A stretch of DNA of 63,116 nt, filler included, from Octopus bimaculoides (GCF_001194135.2; 7 parts of 7 records of this genome joined end to end with filler, not necessarily neighbours in it), one strand, 5' to 3'; shown: positions 39,018 to 51,689, counted from the first letter of the whole stretch. Made by a program: numbers and translations. The notes: a model not told the origin generated them from the letters alone.

Positions 39018-39509
39018 AAAAGTTAAATTCCTATTAATCTATCAGGAAACAGCTTCAAGATATTTTAATTATCACAATGAGGTGATGAGAGTGAAATTAA
39101 ATACTTTTCCATACCAAACTTGCTAGTGAAACAGCCACATAAGTATGCTAACACATGTTGACAGATGGCTGTGATGAACTGAGCATTTGTGCCATATCTT
39201 TTTACAGAATGTCCTAGTTTTTTCCCCAAAGTAGTGTGACCCTGCAGTAGAAAGATTTTTATTTTTATTTTTATTTCATATTATTTTTATTTTTATTTTA
39301 TTTTTATTATTAATATTTATTTTTTTTATTTTTATTTATTTAATCACTACCATCTTGAGAAACACCAGTTGACAATTAACTCAACACATTCATCTAGCAA
39401 CCAGGGTAAAGATAAAAATAAGCAAATAAATAAATAAGTAAATAAATTAGAAATTTGTTTGGGATAAGTAAAACAACAAACGACAGGGAGGAAAGAGGGA
39501 AATAAGAAA

Positions 39510-39930
39510 ATGAGAACCTGCCACCACCACCACAACAACCACTGCGACAAACACCATCACTACCATGGTTGTCGCAACATCAACAACCATGGTTGTCGCA
39601 ACATCAACAACCACAACCACAACCATTACCACATCAAGTGCCACTGCAACCAACACCATCAACAACTCAATGACACTACAAATACTATTGTCAACACAAA
39701 TGCCACCACAATCGTCACTACAACCACCAGTACCAGCACAACTACAACCATAAACACAAACATAACTATCACCAACTCACAACCACCACCGTCACAACCA
39801 CCACAACAGCCACAACCATCACAACCACCCCATCACCACCACAACCACCACCACCACCATCACAACCACCACCACCACAACCACCATCATCACAACCACC
39901 CCCATCACCATCACAACCACCACCATCACA
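39510..39930. repeat. (CAC/CAA)-rich low-complexity tract with a 24-bp internal duplication
   Basis: ACCATGGTTGTCGCAACATCAACA occurs twice; the rest is a trinucleotide mosaic. Confidence 0.85.
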
Positions 39931-40030
39931 NNNNNNNNNNNNNNNNNNNNNNNNNNNNNNNNNNNNNNNNNNNNTTAATTAATTAANNNNNNNNNNNNNN
40001 NNNNNNNNNNNNNNNNNNNNNNNNNNNNNN

Positions 40031-40072
<42 letters not shown>

Positions 40073-40772
40073 TAGTAGAAAAAATATTCAGCAAATCCGG
40101 ACGAATATCTCAGTCAGTACTTCATGGCAAATCCCAGCTATTTGAATATGTTTCGAGAGGAAAAAAAAAAACGTCGATTTAATCCTAAGATGTTCTGCAA
40201 ATCTGAGAAATCCTGAAATACACTGTCCTGTCCATAATAATGCATCAAACGCAGGGCATAAAAGAAGATGGGCAAAGGAAGAAAGACGGTGATATTACAT
40301 TTATTAATCAGTTCCGATCGTTTCGACAACTAGTGGAATAATTTCAACAAACAATACGCTGGATTATACATATAAATATAGCAAATGTTATTTATACATT
40401 TTATAAGTCCATGCAATATGAAATGAAAATACCACCAGTCATCTCTTCGAGAATAGTAAAATAAATTAAGAGAAATAATTCAAAAGTGGTTAATGAAACG
40501 TATTTGAACAGTATAGGCAAATGCAGGAATATTAAATGCCATACAATATAAATTCTTGATTCATTGAAATACTCAATTTTTAGAACACACACATAAACAC
40601 GCATAGTATACATACACAGACGAAATAAATGTGTATATACATAAGCCTTCATGCATAAATATAACATGCAAGGTGTACAACATATATAACTACACGTAAT
40701 TCACATACACACATAACAAACGCACTCACATTTCATCAGTACACGTATATACACATACACATATGTGCACCC

Positions 40773-40811
<39 letters not shown>

Positions 40812-41004
40812 AATATATGAGTGTATGCATATATGTGTACATGTATGTACATACCTTCATCTCCATGTACATATAGATACATATCTGGGTATATGACGTT
40901 GCAAAAGAACATGGACAAAATGATAAACAAGGTACAACAAACAAGCAGGCCACATAGAGAAAATATCCACGAGTGAGTGGGAAACGAAGGTAAAAGACAC
41001 TCAC

Positions 41005-41069
41005 CATTGTTTGAAACAGTTTGATCCAGCTCTATGCGACTTCACTGTTTCGTAGCTTCTGTAAGAAGC
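41005..41069 (-). other. Candidate 65-nt exon of an unidentified minus-strand gene, ending in ATG (5' UTR plus start codon)
   Basis: Minus strand reads TTTTATTTGCAG|GCTTCTTAC...TTCAAACAATG|GTGAGT: canonical acceptor and donor around unique sequence. An A-rich Kozak-like context (AAACAATG) abuts the donor. Confidence 0.55.
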
Positions 41070-41079
41070 CTGCAAATAA

Positions 41080-41116
<37 letters not shown>

Positions 41117-41117
<1 letters not shown>

Positions 41118-41330
41118 GCTCTTTTACTTGTTTCAGTCATTTGACTGTGGCCATGCTGGAGCACCACCTTTAGTCGAGCAAATCGACTCCAGGATTTATT
41201 CTTTGTAAACCTAGTACTTATTCTATCGGTTTCTTTTGCCGAACCGCTAAGTTACGGGGACGTATACACACCAGCATCGGTTGTCAAGCGATGTTGAGGG
41301 GGACAAACACAGACAAGCAAACATACACGC
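41117..41330 (-). mobile_element. SINE family A, right arm
   Basis: CTCTTTTACTTGTTTCAGTCATTTGACTGTGGCCATGCTGGAGCACC... Confidence 0.8.
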
Positions 41331-42224
41331 ACACATTCATATATTCATACACACATATTCAAAAATACATACATACATACATACTTGCATACATACTTAC
41401 ATATATCCATACATACATAAATAAATAAATACATGTATACACACTTACACACACACATACATACATACATATATACATCTCATACATTTGCATATTCAAA
41501 GACATCCAGCAGTTGCTTTTGAGAAGTCAGTGTGTTTGGCTTTCAGTTGGAATGAAATTGTGTAACAGTAAGCAAATATAAAACAGTACCCACCCGGGGT
41601 AGTTGTTTTATACCCCTCAAACATACATGTTTGAACTGTTGACACCCATATGTCTGCTGTTTTTTCTGCATCTGTTTCTTTCTTCCTTCTCTTTACTGAT
41701 TTTTATTTATTTATGACTTCTTTGTTATTACTTTTTTTTCCTTTAATATAGAATTTATATAGTTTTTATTGTCGCTATTGTTGCTACTGTTGTTGTTCTT
41801 GTTGTTGTTGTTCTTTACAATTTGTCCGTTTAATTTATGGCTAGTCATCTTGTAAAGTCATTCGCTTAGCTGCGCTACCACCATCACCATCCCCACCACC
41901 ACCAGCAGCAGCAGCACCATCCCCACCACCATCGCTATCAGCACCAATACCATCACTATTAAAATCATTATCAGCTCCTCCGACGCCAACAATAGCAATA
42001 AGAATAAATTGAGCGTATAAAGAATAGGAGAGACTCTATGTAGTCCATTCAACAGGCTAAAAATAGCAGCTAAATCAACCCCAAATTACTTACCGCTTCA
42101 AAACCACAAAAGACATTGAACAATGTATTCTCAGTCAGTGTAAGTGAACAATATTTGTTTGTCTCTCCGTTTGTTTGCCTGATTGCCAGTCTATCTAACT
42201 ATCTATCTATCTATCTATCTGTCT

Positions 42225-42600
42225 ATCTAACCAGTTTCAGCTTGAGAGCTCCGGTCATATTGGAGCACCACCGTTGGCTTTGTCACACCTTCCTTACTTA
42301 AAACCTCCTCTGATGTGTGATATTTTGTGAATGAGAGTTTGATGCTACTGCCCTCATCTGGGTTTCCTGCTGCGAGACACCTAAAGCAATCTCTTACAAG
42401 TCTCTCAGGCTTTTTGTGGGGAGGATATTGAAAAGCTCCTAAACCCAAGCTGTTGCAGTATCTCACAATGTATCCTGATGGGAATATTCCTTGGCACTAC
42501 GTAGTAGCGTCTCGTTCTGCTGTTTCAAGCCAAAGTTTGGTACAAATCCATTCAGGAATTTTCTGGGATTTTTCTAGTATCATAGGTAGCTCCATCAAGA
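42225..42600 (-). mobile_element. CR1-clade LINE 3' fragment (same family as 385-826)
   Basis: Similar ORF2 C-terminus remnant and the same tail AACGGTGGTGCTCCAATATGACC...GCTGAAACT. Confidence 0.7.
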
Positions 42601-42956
42601 CTCGTTGACCTGGGGCTAAACAACTACAGAAACAACAACACAAAAACACAAGCATAGACAAGCGTCCTATTATTCTTCATAATTTTTTTTTAGATAGTAT
42701 TTTGTTCTTGAATTATTCTTCAACTTGTTAATAATAACTTATATAAATCATTCTAAGGACAAAACACAATTATATTTTCTTTCGTTCTTTTATGTTTGTC
42801 TTCAGTTTTTTGTTTGTTTAAAAAGAAAAAAATCTCAAATCATATGGTTTATTCGTAGTTTGCACCATTAAATTCTAAACTGTTTATGTCATTATGTCAT
42901 GAGCAAATAAATTATTAATCGCCTGCATAAATAACAAGAAGCATGTCCAAACATTC

Positions 42957-42999
<43 letters not shown>

Positions 43000-43180
43000 G
43001 TACATACATGCATGCACATATGTATTTTTATATATATATATATATACATACACATGTATATATACATATATATATACATGNNNNNNNNNNNNNNNNNNNN
43101 NNNNNNNNNNNNNNNNNNNNNNNNTTAATTAATTAANNNNNNNNNNNNNNNNNNNNNNNNNNNNNNNNNNNNNNNNNNNN

Positions 43181-43515
43181 GGGCTGTTGACGATGAAGGG
43201 GGAAGGGGAAGGTGGATGTAAGAGAGGGGGAGGGGAGAGGAAGAGAGGAGAGAGTGTGGGTATAAGAGAGGAGAGAGTGGGTATAAGAGCGGGAAGGTGG
43301 ATGTGAGAGAGGGGGAAAGTGGGTATGGAGGAAAAAGAGAGGAAGAGAAAGAGAGTGAGAGAGAGGGAAAGAGAGAAGAGAGTGAGAGAGTAAGGGTGAG
43401 AGAGTAAGAGTGAGAGAGGGGGAGTACGAGAGAAGAGAGTAAGAGTAGGGATAGTAGGAGGGAGGGTGGGGGAGAGAGGCAGGAGGAGGGGGTTAGATGA
43501 AGAGGGGAGGGGAGT
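43181..43515. repeat. Polypurine (GA-rich) tract
   Basis: Direct observation. Confidence 0.9.
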
Positions 43516-43654
43516 TGACCCATGTGGCGCAATGGAGCGAAGAGAGAAGACTAAGCCCTGTTCACGGCGCAAACGGGAGTCCGGATGGCCCCTGTGCATG
43601 GACAATCCAAACACGGACAGGTGTTGCTGCAAGGAAAACTTAGATAAACTTAGA

Positions 43655-43975
43655 CATGTCTCGACCAAAAATTGGTCCAGGCCATGTCTAACTTAATAGC
43701 ACCATCTGATAGGATTATCTAAATCCTTTTTAAGTCAAGTTTTGTGGTATCATGGTCCATTCAAGTAGGGAGTTCTTGTTGAGTGAGTTGTATCCAGGTA
43801 TAGATGGCTTACCTAGTATTCCTTGAAGAAATTTGTCCAGACTCCGTTTAAAGGTGATAGGATCCTTTAAGTATATCCTCAATTTGGTGTAAGAGCTGTG
43901 TTGGACAGTCCCTGCCACAGCGAAAGCTGTGCTGATTTGCGTTTAGGAGTTTGTAGATCTCCAGGAAACCAGCTA
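43655..43975 (-). mobile_element. Short internally deleted CR1-type LINE
   Basis: LLNANQHSFRCGRDCPTQLLHQIEDILK (RT domain) joined directly to FKRSLDKFLQ...NKNSLLEW (C-terminus); 3' stem-loop and (CTAAGTTTAT)-type tail. Confidence 0.7.
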
Positions 43976-44199
43976 TAATTGATCTTACCACTCTTTCAAA
44001 CACTTAATGGTGTGGGAGGTGAACTCGTCACTACACGTACATATGTATACATACGCACACGGAAATGTGCACATACATATATATGTGTGACGTGTGTGTA
44101 TGTATGTGTGGGGACACGGACACACACACATAGAAACACACATAGAAACAAACACACACATACAAACACACACAAATACACTCACATACATATATATAT

Positions 44200-44470
44200 A
44201 TTCTTTTATTCTTTTACTTATTTCAATCATTTGACTGCGGCCATGATAAGGCACCAACTGAAAGGGTGTTAGTGGAAGAAATCGCTGCAAAGAATTATGT
44301 AAGCCTAGTGCATATTCTTTGGGTGTCTTTTGCCGAACCGCTATGTTACAGGGACATAAACACATCGGCAACGTTTGTCAAGCGATGGCGTGGGGACAAA
44401 CACAGACTCACGCACATAAATACATGCAAACACATATAAATTCGACAGGCTTCTTTCAGTTTCCGCCTAC
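44200..44470 (-). mobile_element. SINE family A, partial
   Basis: Right arm and start of left arm. Confidence 0.7.
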
Positions 44471-44534
44471 TAAATTGTTTTGAGCTGAGTTGGGGTGCTA
44501 GATTCCCTTGTTCAAAAATATAAGGACACAGATC

Positions 44535-44660
44535 GTGTTGTATAGCCAGCTGGAGATGATGTCTCCTGGGTCTAAATTACTGCAACATTCGTCCTAGACC
44601 AGCACTGCCATGTTACGTTGGCAAACAATCTTTACTACAATATCACGTTGTGAGACTTCG
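44535..44660. mobile_element. Partial second copy (loop plus one arm) of the 21.6-kb fold-back family
   Basis: TATAGCCAGCTGGAGATGATGTCTCCTGGGTCTAAATTACTGCAACATTCGTCCTAGACC...CAAACAATCTTTACT matches 21685-21778. Confidence 0.7.
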
Positions 44661-45974
44661 AAATGGTAATTTTCTAATTTAAATTTGATGTTTTTAATCA
44701 GATTGGTAAGGCCTTGTCCAAACACATCAAATTTAAACCCAGAAAAGGAACATTCAACCCTCATCTAATAACCATATGTAACCTGCATTTTATCTACTCC
44801 GTTCCCTATTCTTTGTAAGCTCAGTACTTATTCTATCAGCTTCTTTAAACACACCAGCAATGGGTCAAGCGATGGAAGCAGGGCGGGAGCAAACTCACAC
44901 ACACACACACACATATATGTACGATGGGTTTCTTTCAGTTTCAGTCTACCAAATCCACTCAGAAGGTTTTGGTCGGCCCGAAATTATAGTAAAACACACT
45001 TATCCGAAATGCGACGCAGTGGGACTGAACCCGGAACCATATGGTTGGGAAGCAAACTTCTTACCACACAGCCACGTCTATATTTTATTATATTGTATTA
45101 TATTATATTATCTGTGGGTATGTATCTGTATATGTGTATGTACTGACTACCTTATTGCTCTTACTCGCTCACCCACATTCGCTTTCGTTCTCTCTTTATC
45201 TCTCTCTTTATCTATCTATCTATCTGTCCTCATACTATCTTTTCTTTCCTTCCTTTCTCTCACTTTTATCCCTTCCTTACCCATCATCTCTCTCTCTCTC
45301 TCTCTCTCTACCTCTTCCTCCTCCTCTTTATCACTTATTCACCTTGTTGCCATCTCCCTCGTCAACGTCACATTTCCAATCACCTTCTTCCGATCAAGCT
45401 AATCTCCTCCTACTGCTACTCTCCTCTTACCATCTATTTCCATGACCACCACCACCAACATCATCATCCCATTACATCACTAGTATGGAAGCAAGCTTCA
45501 AATATTGATTAACGTTCAAGGAATGCATATATATATATATATATNNNNNNNNNNTGAACCCGGAACCATATGGTTGGGAAGCAAACTTCTTACCACACAG
45601 CCACGTCTATATTTTATTATATTGTATTATATTATATTATCTGTGGGTATGTATCTGTATATGTGTATGTACTGACTACCTTATTGCTCTTACTCGCTCA
45701 CCCACATTCGCTTTCGTTCTCTCTTTATCTCTCTCTTTATCTATCTATCTATCTGTCCTCATACTATCTTTTCTTTCCTTCCTTTCTCTCACTTTTATCC
45801 CTTCCTTACCCATCATCTCTCTCTCTCTCTCTCTCTCNNNNNNNNNNGTCGACCTCGGCGGAATTTGAACTCAGATCGTAAAGACAGACGAAATACCCCT
45901 AAGCATTTTTCCCGGCGTGCTAACGTTTCTGCCAGCTCGCCGCCTTAATGATATCAAGGTAATTAACAGCGGGT

Positions 45975-46520
45975 CATACCAGTGTCGAGATGCTCTGCTC
46001 CTTTTGTTAAAGTAGGCAAAGGCAGAACTACAGCAATTGTGTAGAAACTCTTAAAGCAATATCTACAGTCTGAAAATTTACCAAGAAAGGGAAAAGGCAA
46101 CAGAGATTTGTTTAAACGCTGAAGACGCTCTGATTACGACGATGTTAGGTTTTAAAAATTATGTGGTAGAAACGGAGGGAAAAAGTATATTATCTGTGGT
46201 TAGATAGTTTGGAAAATATCACTGAAACAGGGTGTGATTAGAAGAGCAGAAAGAACGTAAAGATGGAAATAGAAATAATTAAAACAACAAACCGAGAAAG
46301 GCACAAAGAACGATTGTTGTGGTTGAGAGATGAAACCTAAAAAAACGAAACCGAATCACTAAAATATTGCTACCGAGGAATAAACCATTAGAAACTGGTC
46401 ATGTTATTGAAATAAGGGGAACAGAAATAATAATAGAAGACAAAGACAACAAATATTATAAGATCTTTGAGCTTTTAGAAGTGTATGATGTTAGACGGAT
46501 ATCAAAGAAACTGAGAAAAT
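45975..46520 (+). mobile_element. Degenerate R4/Dong-type RT C-terminal fragment
   Basis: LPRKGKG, AEDALITTMLGFKNYVVETE and WLRDE..KNETESL motifs with many stops and frameshifts. Confidence 0.5.
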
Positions 46521-46530
46521 TGGGAAACAT

Positions 46531-46960
46531 CGGGCGCAGGCGTGACTGTGTGGTAAGAAGTTTGCTTCCCGACCACATCGTTTTGGGGTTCAGTCGCAAT
46601 GTCTTCTATTGTAACCTCGGACCGAACAAATCCTTGTGAGTGGATTTGGCAGACGAACACTGTACATACACATACACACATATACATGCATACATACATA
46701 CATATACATACATACATACATATATATATATATTTACTCTTTTACTCATAAGTAAATGAGTGTGTGTGTGTGTGTGTGTGTGTGTGTTAATCCCCAATAC
46801 CAACACTTGACAAAAGCTGTCGGCGTGCTTTCGTCCCGTGGCCCAGCGGTTCGGCAGGAAAAAACCGACAGAATAAGTATCAAGCTTTTTTAAAAAAGTG
46901 ATTGGGTTGACTGGTTCGGCTAAAGGCCTTGAACGCTGTGCCCCAGCGTAGCCGCAGTCT
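46531..46960 (+). mobile_element. SINE family A, full-length
   Basis: GGGCGCAGGCGTGACTGTGTGGTAAG head to GCAGTCTAAAAAG tail. Confidence 0.75.
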
Positions 46961-47333
46961 AAAAAGTACAAGATAAAGAAATGTACATAAATATATGTGT
47001 ACGTCTATGTACTTCCATACATACATACGTACGTGCATATGTATGTATGTATGTTTGCGTGTGNNNNNNNNNNAATACCAACACTTGACAAAAGCTGTCG
47101 GCGTGCTTTCGTCCCGTGGCCCAGCGGTTCGGCAGGAAAAAACCGACAGAATAAGTATCAAGCTTTTTTAAAAAAGTGATTGGGTTGACTGGTTCGGCTA
47201 AAGGCCTTGAACGCTGTGCCCCAGCGTAGCCGCAGTCTAAAAAGTACAAGATAAAGAAATGTACATAAATATATGTGTACGTCTATGTACTTCCATACAT
47301 ACATACGTACGTGCATATGTATGTATGTATGTT

Positions 47334-47374
<41 letters not shown>

Positions 47375-47715
47375 GTGAGCGCGCGCGCGTGCACGTTTTT
47401 TAATTCACTAAATATTTAAATATGATTGTATTTATGTTACCCAGGGGGCGGAAATTAAGAAATCATTACGGTGTAATCTCAAACATTACAGAGGTTAACT
47501 TACCCATTCTTTCACCCAGGGTCGATAAAATACCATACCAGTCGACTATTGAGGAATCGATATAATCGATTGTCACCATCTTTTGAAGGCTATGGCCTTG
47601 TGATAATGGCAGATGTCAATATTGCCATAATGAATAATAAAACACATCGTGATCCAGCGGATATCACAACTCTTAAATCTTCAGTTGTCCTGTATATATG
47701 TGTGTATGTGCGTGT

Positions 47716-47767
<52 letters not shown>

Positions 47768-48043
47768 ATACATACATAGATATAATGTTTGCTGTCCTGT
47801 GTAACAATTAAATATCCGCTGCATCGGAAATCTGTAATGGCTCCATAACTACTGTTTCGGCTATAACCTTGGAGCCCCAGGAATCCGTTACAGCACTTAC
47901 CTAGCGTACCTAATCGTTTAGATCACCTATGAACTAAACCCCCATACTNNNNNNNNNNNNNNNNNNNNNNNNNNNNNNNNNNNNNNNNNNNNNNNNNNNN
48001 NNNNNNNNNNNNNNNNNNNNNNNNNNNNNNNNNNNNNNNNNNN

Positions 48044-48086
<43 letters not shown>

Positions 48087-48328
48087 TAACTTTAGATACA
48101 GTAGGGTATATAATACCAATTGCTAAACTCAGAGCCAAGGCTCGAAAACCATTTGAAACTCGCAATACGGATACATACGACCAATGCATTGGACATATGA
48201 GAAATAGACTTACCTTTGCTTTGAATACATCAGTAAGTAATGTATATTTCAATACCAATTGATTTCACCCTCTGTACGACCAACATACATCTTTATTTAA
48301 AATTATATATATATATATATATATATAT

Positions 48329-48535
48329 TACTCTTTTACTTGTTTCAGTCATTTGACTGGGCCATGCTGGAGCACCGTCTTTAGTCGAGCAAATCGAACC
48401 CAGGACTTATTCTTTGTAAGCTTAGTACTTATTCAATCGTCCTCTTTTTGCCGAACTGCTAGGTGACGGGGACATAAGCACACCAGCATTGGTTGTCAAG
48501 CGATGCTGGGGGACAAACACAGGCACACAAACATA
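48329..48535 (-). mobile_element. SINE family A, right arm
   Basis: Reverse-complement match to family A tail. Confidence 0.8.
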
Positions 48536-48559
48536 CACACACATGCACACATACACGCA

Positions 48560-48870
48560 CAGTATTTGCAGTCAGTACATGTACAGATTTGTGTTTTACG
48601 TATGTCCTCTCATGCATACACTTGCATGTCTACTTAAATGATAAACTTCTAGAAAGTCTTACAGATTTTTACACTTCCAGTGATGGCTTGGATTTGTAGT
48701 CTTCGGATGAGCTATCTCCTTTCTAAGAAGCCTAGTTTCTCAAGATTGATATTTAGGCATGGTGTTACATATCTCAGGACCCCAATAATTACAGGTATAA
48801 ACCTGAACTTGTATTCCAGGCAAAGTAACTGTATGTATCAGGCGTATACCAGTGATACACTGGGGTTCGG
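48560..48870 (-). mobile_element. RLE-type non-LTR retrotransposon 3' end (same family as 60570-61385)
   Basis: Nucleotide match to 60940-61200 (ATTCCAGTAACTGTAAAAATCTGTAAGACTTT-like end; encodes IQAITGSVKICKTF). Confidence 0.7.
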
Positions 48871-49393
48871 TCAATTGGCAATATCCTTCATTTAGATGTG
48901 TCATGTGAGGAATAATTGTTATTAATGGTAAATCAATTGTCCACTCGTAGAGGATTGATATGTTTATACAGACACACGGACACAGATAAACATGGGTATG
49001 CGCGCGCATGTGTGTGTGTGTACGTGTGTGCATGCGTGTGTATGTGTGTGTNNNNNNNNNNNNNNNNNNNNNNNNNNNNNNNNNNNNNNNNNNNNNNNNN
49101 NNNNNNNNNNNNNNNNNNNNNNNNNNNNNNNNNNNNNNNNNNNNNNNNNNNNNNNNNNNNNNNNNNNNNNNNNNNNNNNNNNNNNNNNNTGCGCGCGCAT
49201 GTGTGTGTGTGTACGTGTGTGCATGCGTGTGTATGTGTGTGTATGTGTGTATATATGTGTATATATGTATATACATACAAACATACACATACATTTGTAT
49301 ATACAGGAATAATACAGACTGATTGAAGGATAGACATATATACATACACACACATGCATATGTCTGTGTGTATGTGTTTATTTGTGTGTCTGC

Positions 49394-49440
<47 letters not shown>

Positions 49441-49981
49441 CGATTGTGTGTATGTACATGGTTTGCAAAGGCCATAAGCACACAAACCCTAACTCCTGGC
49501 CTAACCAACGCATAATCAGCATGCGCGCGCACTAACACACACACACACACATACACATGCACACACACATACATACATACACACACACACACATTCACAC
49601 ATGCACATAGAAGCGTGTCATAAACATACACAAAAGAAGAAAAAAAACAACACAAAATGGAGGGTGGCGGCGGGGAGGATATCTTAAAAAAAAATTGATA
49701 GATCAGCATGTCATGTTCAATACCATCATGACCACCACCAACAACTTCTCCACCATCACCGTAACCAGCACCAACATCGTTATCTCCCACCACTTTCGCT
49801 ACCACCGCCACCACCACCACCAACACCACCACCAGCAACAGAAGTGGACGGATTGTGACCGCATCAATTCGCTAGCAGCATCATTATCAACAGCATCAGC
49901 AACATCATCATTATCAACAATATTGGAAACGCTGATATCAGTTTTTTTTTTCCTTCATTTTTTTTTTCTTCTTTTTTTTAC

Positions 49982-50152
49982 CTGTAGCACAGGTAATCAA
50001 CCAACCAACCATCAGTCAGAGCGAACACCCAGACAACCAGCGAGGAAGAAGGAAAAAGGAGGAGAAAGGAGAGGAAAGTGAGGAGGAGGAGGAAGAGGAA
50101 GAGGAAAGGGCATAGGAGGACTTTGTTTAGTAACGACCAGAGTGAGAGAACT
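49982..50152 (-). other. Candidate first (non-coding) exon of the minus-strand gene
   Basis: TCAGTT initiator-like motif (A at 50152), CT-rich leader, strong donor CTACAG|GTAAAA at 49982/49981. Confidence 0.4.
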
Positions 50153-50209
50153 GACGGACTTCGTGAATATCTCTGCCTGTTCAACTATCGCTTTGGACAA
50201 CATCAACCA

Positions 50210-50330
50210 TCTATCAATCTATCTATACATACATCCATCCATCCATCCGTCCGTCCATCTATCTATCTATCTATCTATCCATCCATCCATCCATCCGTCC
50301 ATCTATCTATCTATCTATCTATCTACCTAC

Positions 50331-50389
<59 letters not shown>

Positions 50390-50390
50390 C

Positions 50391-50421
<31 letters not shown>

Positions 50422-50426
50422 CCTAC

Positions 50427-50480
<54 letters not shown>

Positions 50481-50520
50481 CTCTGTCTATCTATTTATCC
50501 ATCCATCCATCTATCTATAT
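50210..50520. repeat. (CTAT)n/(CCAT)n tetranucleotide microsatellite
   Basis: Direct observation. Confidence 0.95.
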
Positions 50521-50559
50521 AACTGTCTGTCTATCAATCTATCTGCATATCTGTCTATC

Positions 50560-50606
50560 CTTCTCTGTGCCATGGTGTCTGCTGTCTCCAACTCAAAGAG
50601 GTAAGT
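50560..50606 (+). promoter_or_regulatory. Strong plus-strand splice donor / candidate short first exon (start approximate)
   Basis: GCCATGGTGTCTGCTGTCTCCAACTCAAAGAG|GTAAGT, with GT at 50601, immediately after the (CTAT)n tract. Confidence 0.3.
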
Positions 50607-50802
50607 TCCAAATTTCTTCCTTTTTTTCAAACTGACCCTTTATTATTCTTTAATTTCCCTTTCATAACAGCCACCTCTGCTGCTGGTAAAAATCTTCCAA
50701 CAAAATGCCAAAACTTGAAATGAAAATGGAATATACGGAAGACATAGATTCCACACAAGAATCAAATCAAAAAAAAGAAAACTATAAAGGGCTTATCTTT
50801 TA

Positions 50803-51135
50803 CTTTGCGGAATTTGAACTCAGAACGTAAGAAACACCGCTAAGGATTTTGTTCATCGAGATAACGATTCTGCCAGTCCGCCACCGTACCATCTTGCGAT
50901 TGTTACTATATTTTATTAGGGTGGCGAGCTGACAGAATCGTTAGCACTTTGGACCAAATGCTTAGCGGCATTTTCGTCCGTCCTTACGTTCTGAGTTCAA
51001 ATTCCACCGAGGTCAACTTTGCTTTTCATCCTTTCGGGGGCGGATAAAATAAGTACCAGTTGAGCATTGGGGTCGATGTAATCGACTTAATCCCTGCCCC
51101 AAACCGGTTTGCCCCTGTACCAAAATTTGAAACAA
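50803..51135. mobile_element. Head-to-head inverted pair of SINE family B copies
   Basis: Minus copy 50803-50885, plus copy 50920-51135. Confidence 0.75.
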
Positions 51136-51689
51136 ATATTTAAAGTAGACTATGCTCAGTTTTGAATGTAGAACCCGGAGGATTTGAGACATTTGGTAAA
51201 AGGGGGTAATGCAGCTTGTATGCCATAAACCGGCACTCCGTCGGTTACGACGATGATGAGGGTCCCAGTTGATTCGATCAACGGAACAGCCTGTTCGTGC
51301 AAGTGGCTGAGTAATTCACAGACACGCGTACCCTTAATGTGGTTCAGCGTGACACAAAATGTTATGAGGCTGGCCCTTTGAAATACAAGTACTACACATT
51401 TTGGATTTTTTTCAGTTTTGCTGCCAATTTTCAATCTCTTTAATTTCTGTTCGAATTCATTTCATATTCGGTGTATTGATGTAGTTTTATATGCTAATCA
51501 ATGCCATGAAATTCATTTTCGTTTTAAATTTTTAAAAAATTAAAAAAAGAATTATTAGCTTTTAAAGCTTGAAAATTTTGGCCAGTCGGAAGCCATAGAC
51601 ACATTCATGCCTGTTTCTATAGTAACAAGCCAAACATGAGAACTCTTTCGTCTGTGAGATAGCACGTGGTGACAAATATATTCTTTTCT

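Noticed and set aside
39447-39986. His/Thr-rich ORFs suggesting a mucin or histidine-rich protein
   Set aside because: Mosaic CAC/CAA trinucleotide tract without splice signals or Kozak start; runs into a gap.
45025-45837. Exact ~290-bp direct duplication (about 45025-45310 and 45555-45837)
   Set aside because: Identical copies on either side of a 10-N gap: unmerged contig overlap.
46795-47345. Exact ~270-bp direct duplication
   Set aside because: Straddles a 10-N gap (47064-47073): assembly overlap artefact.
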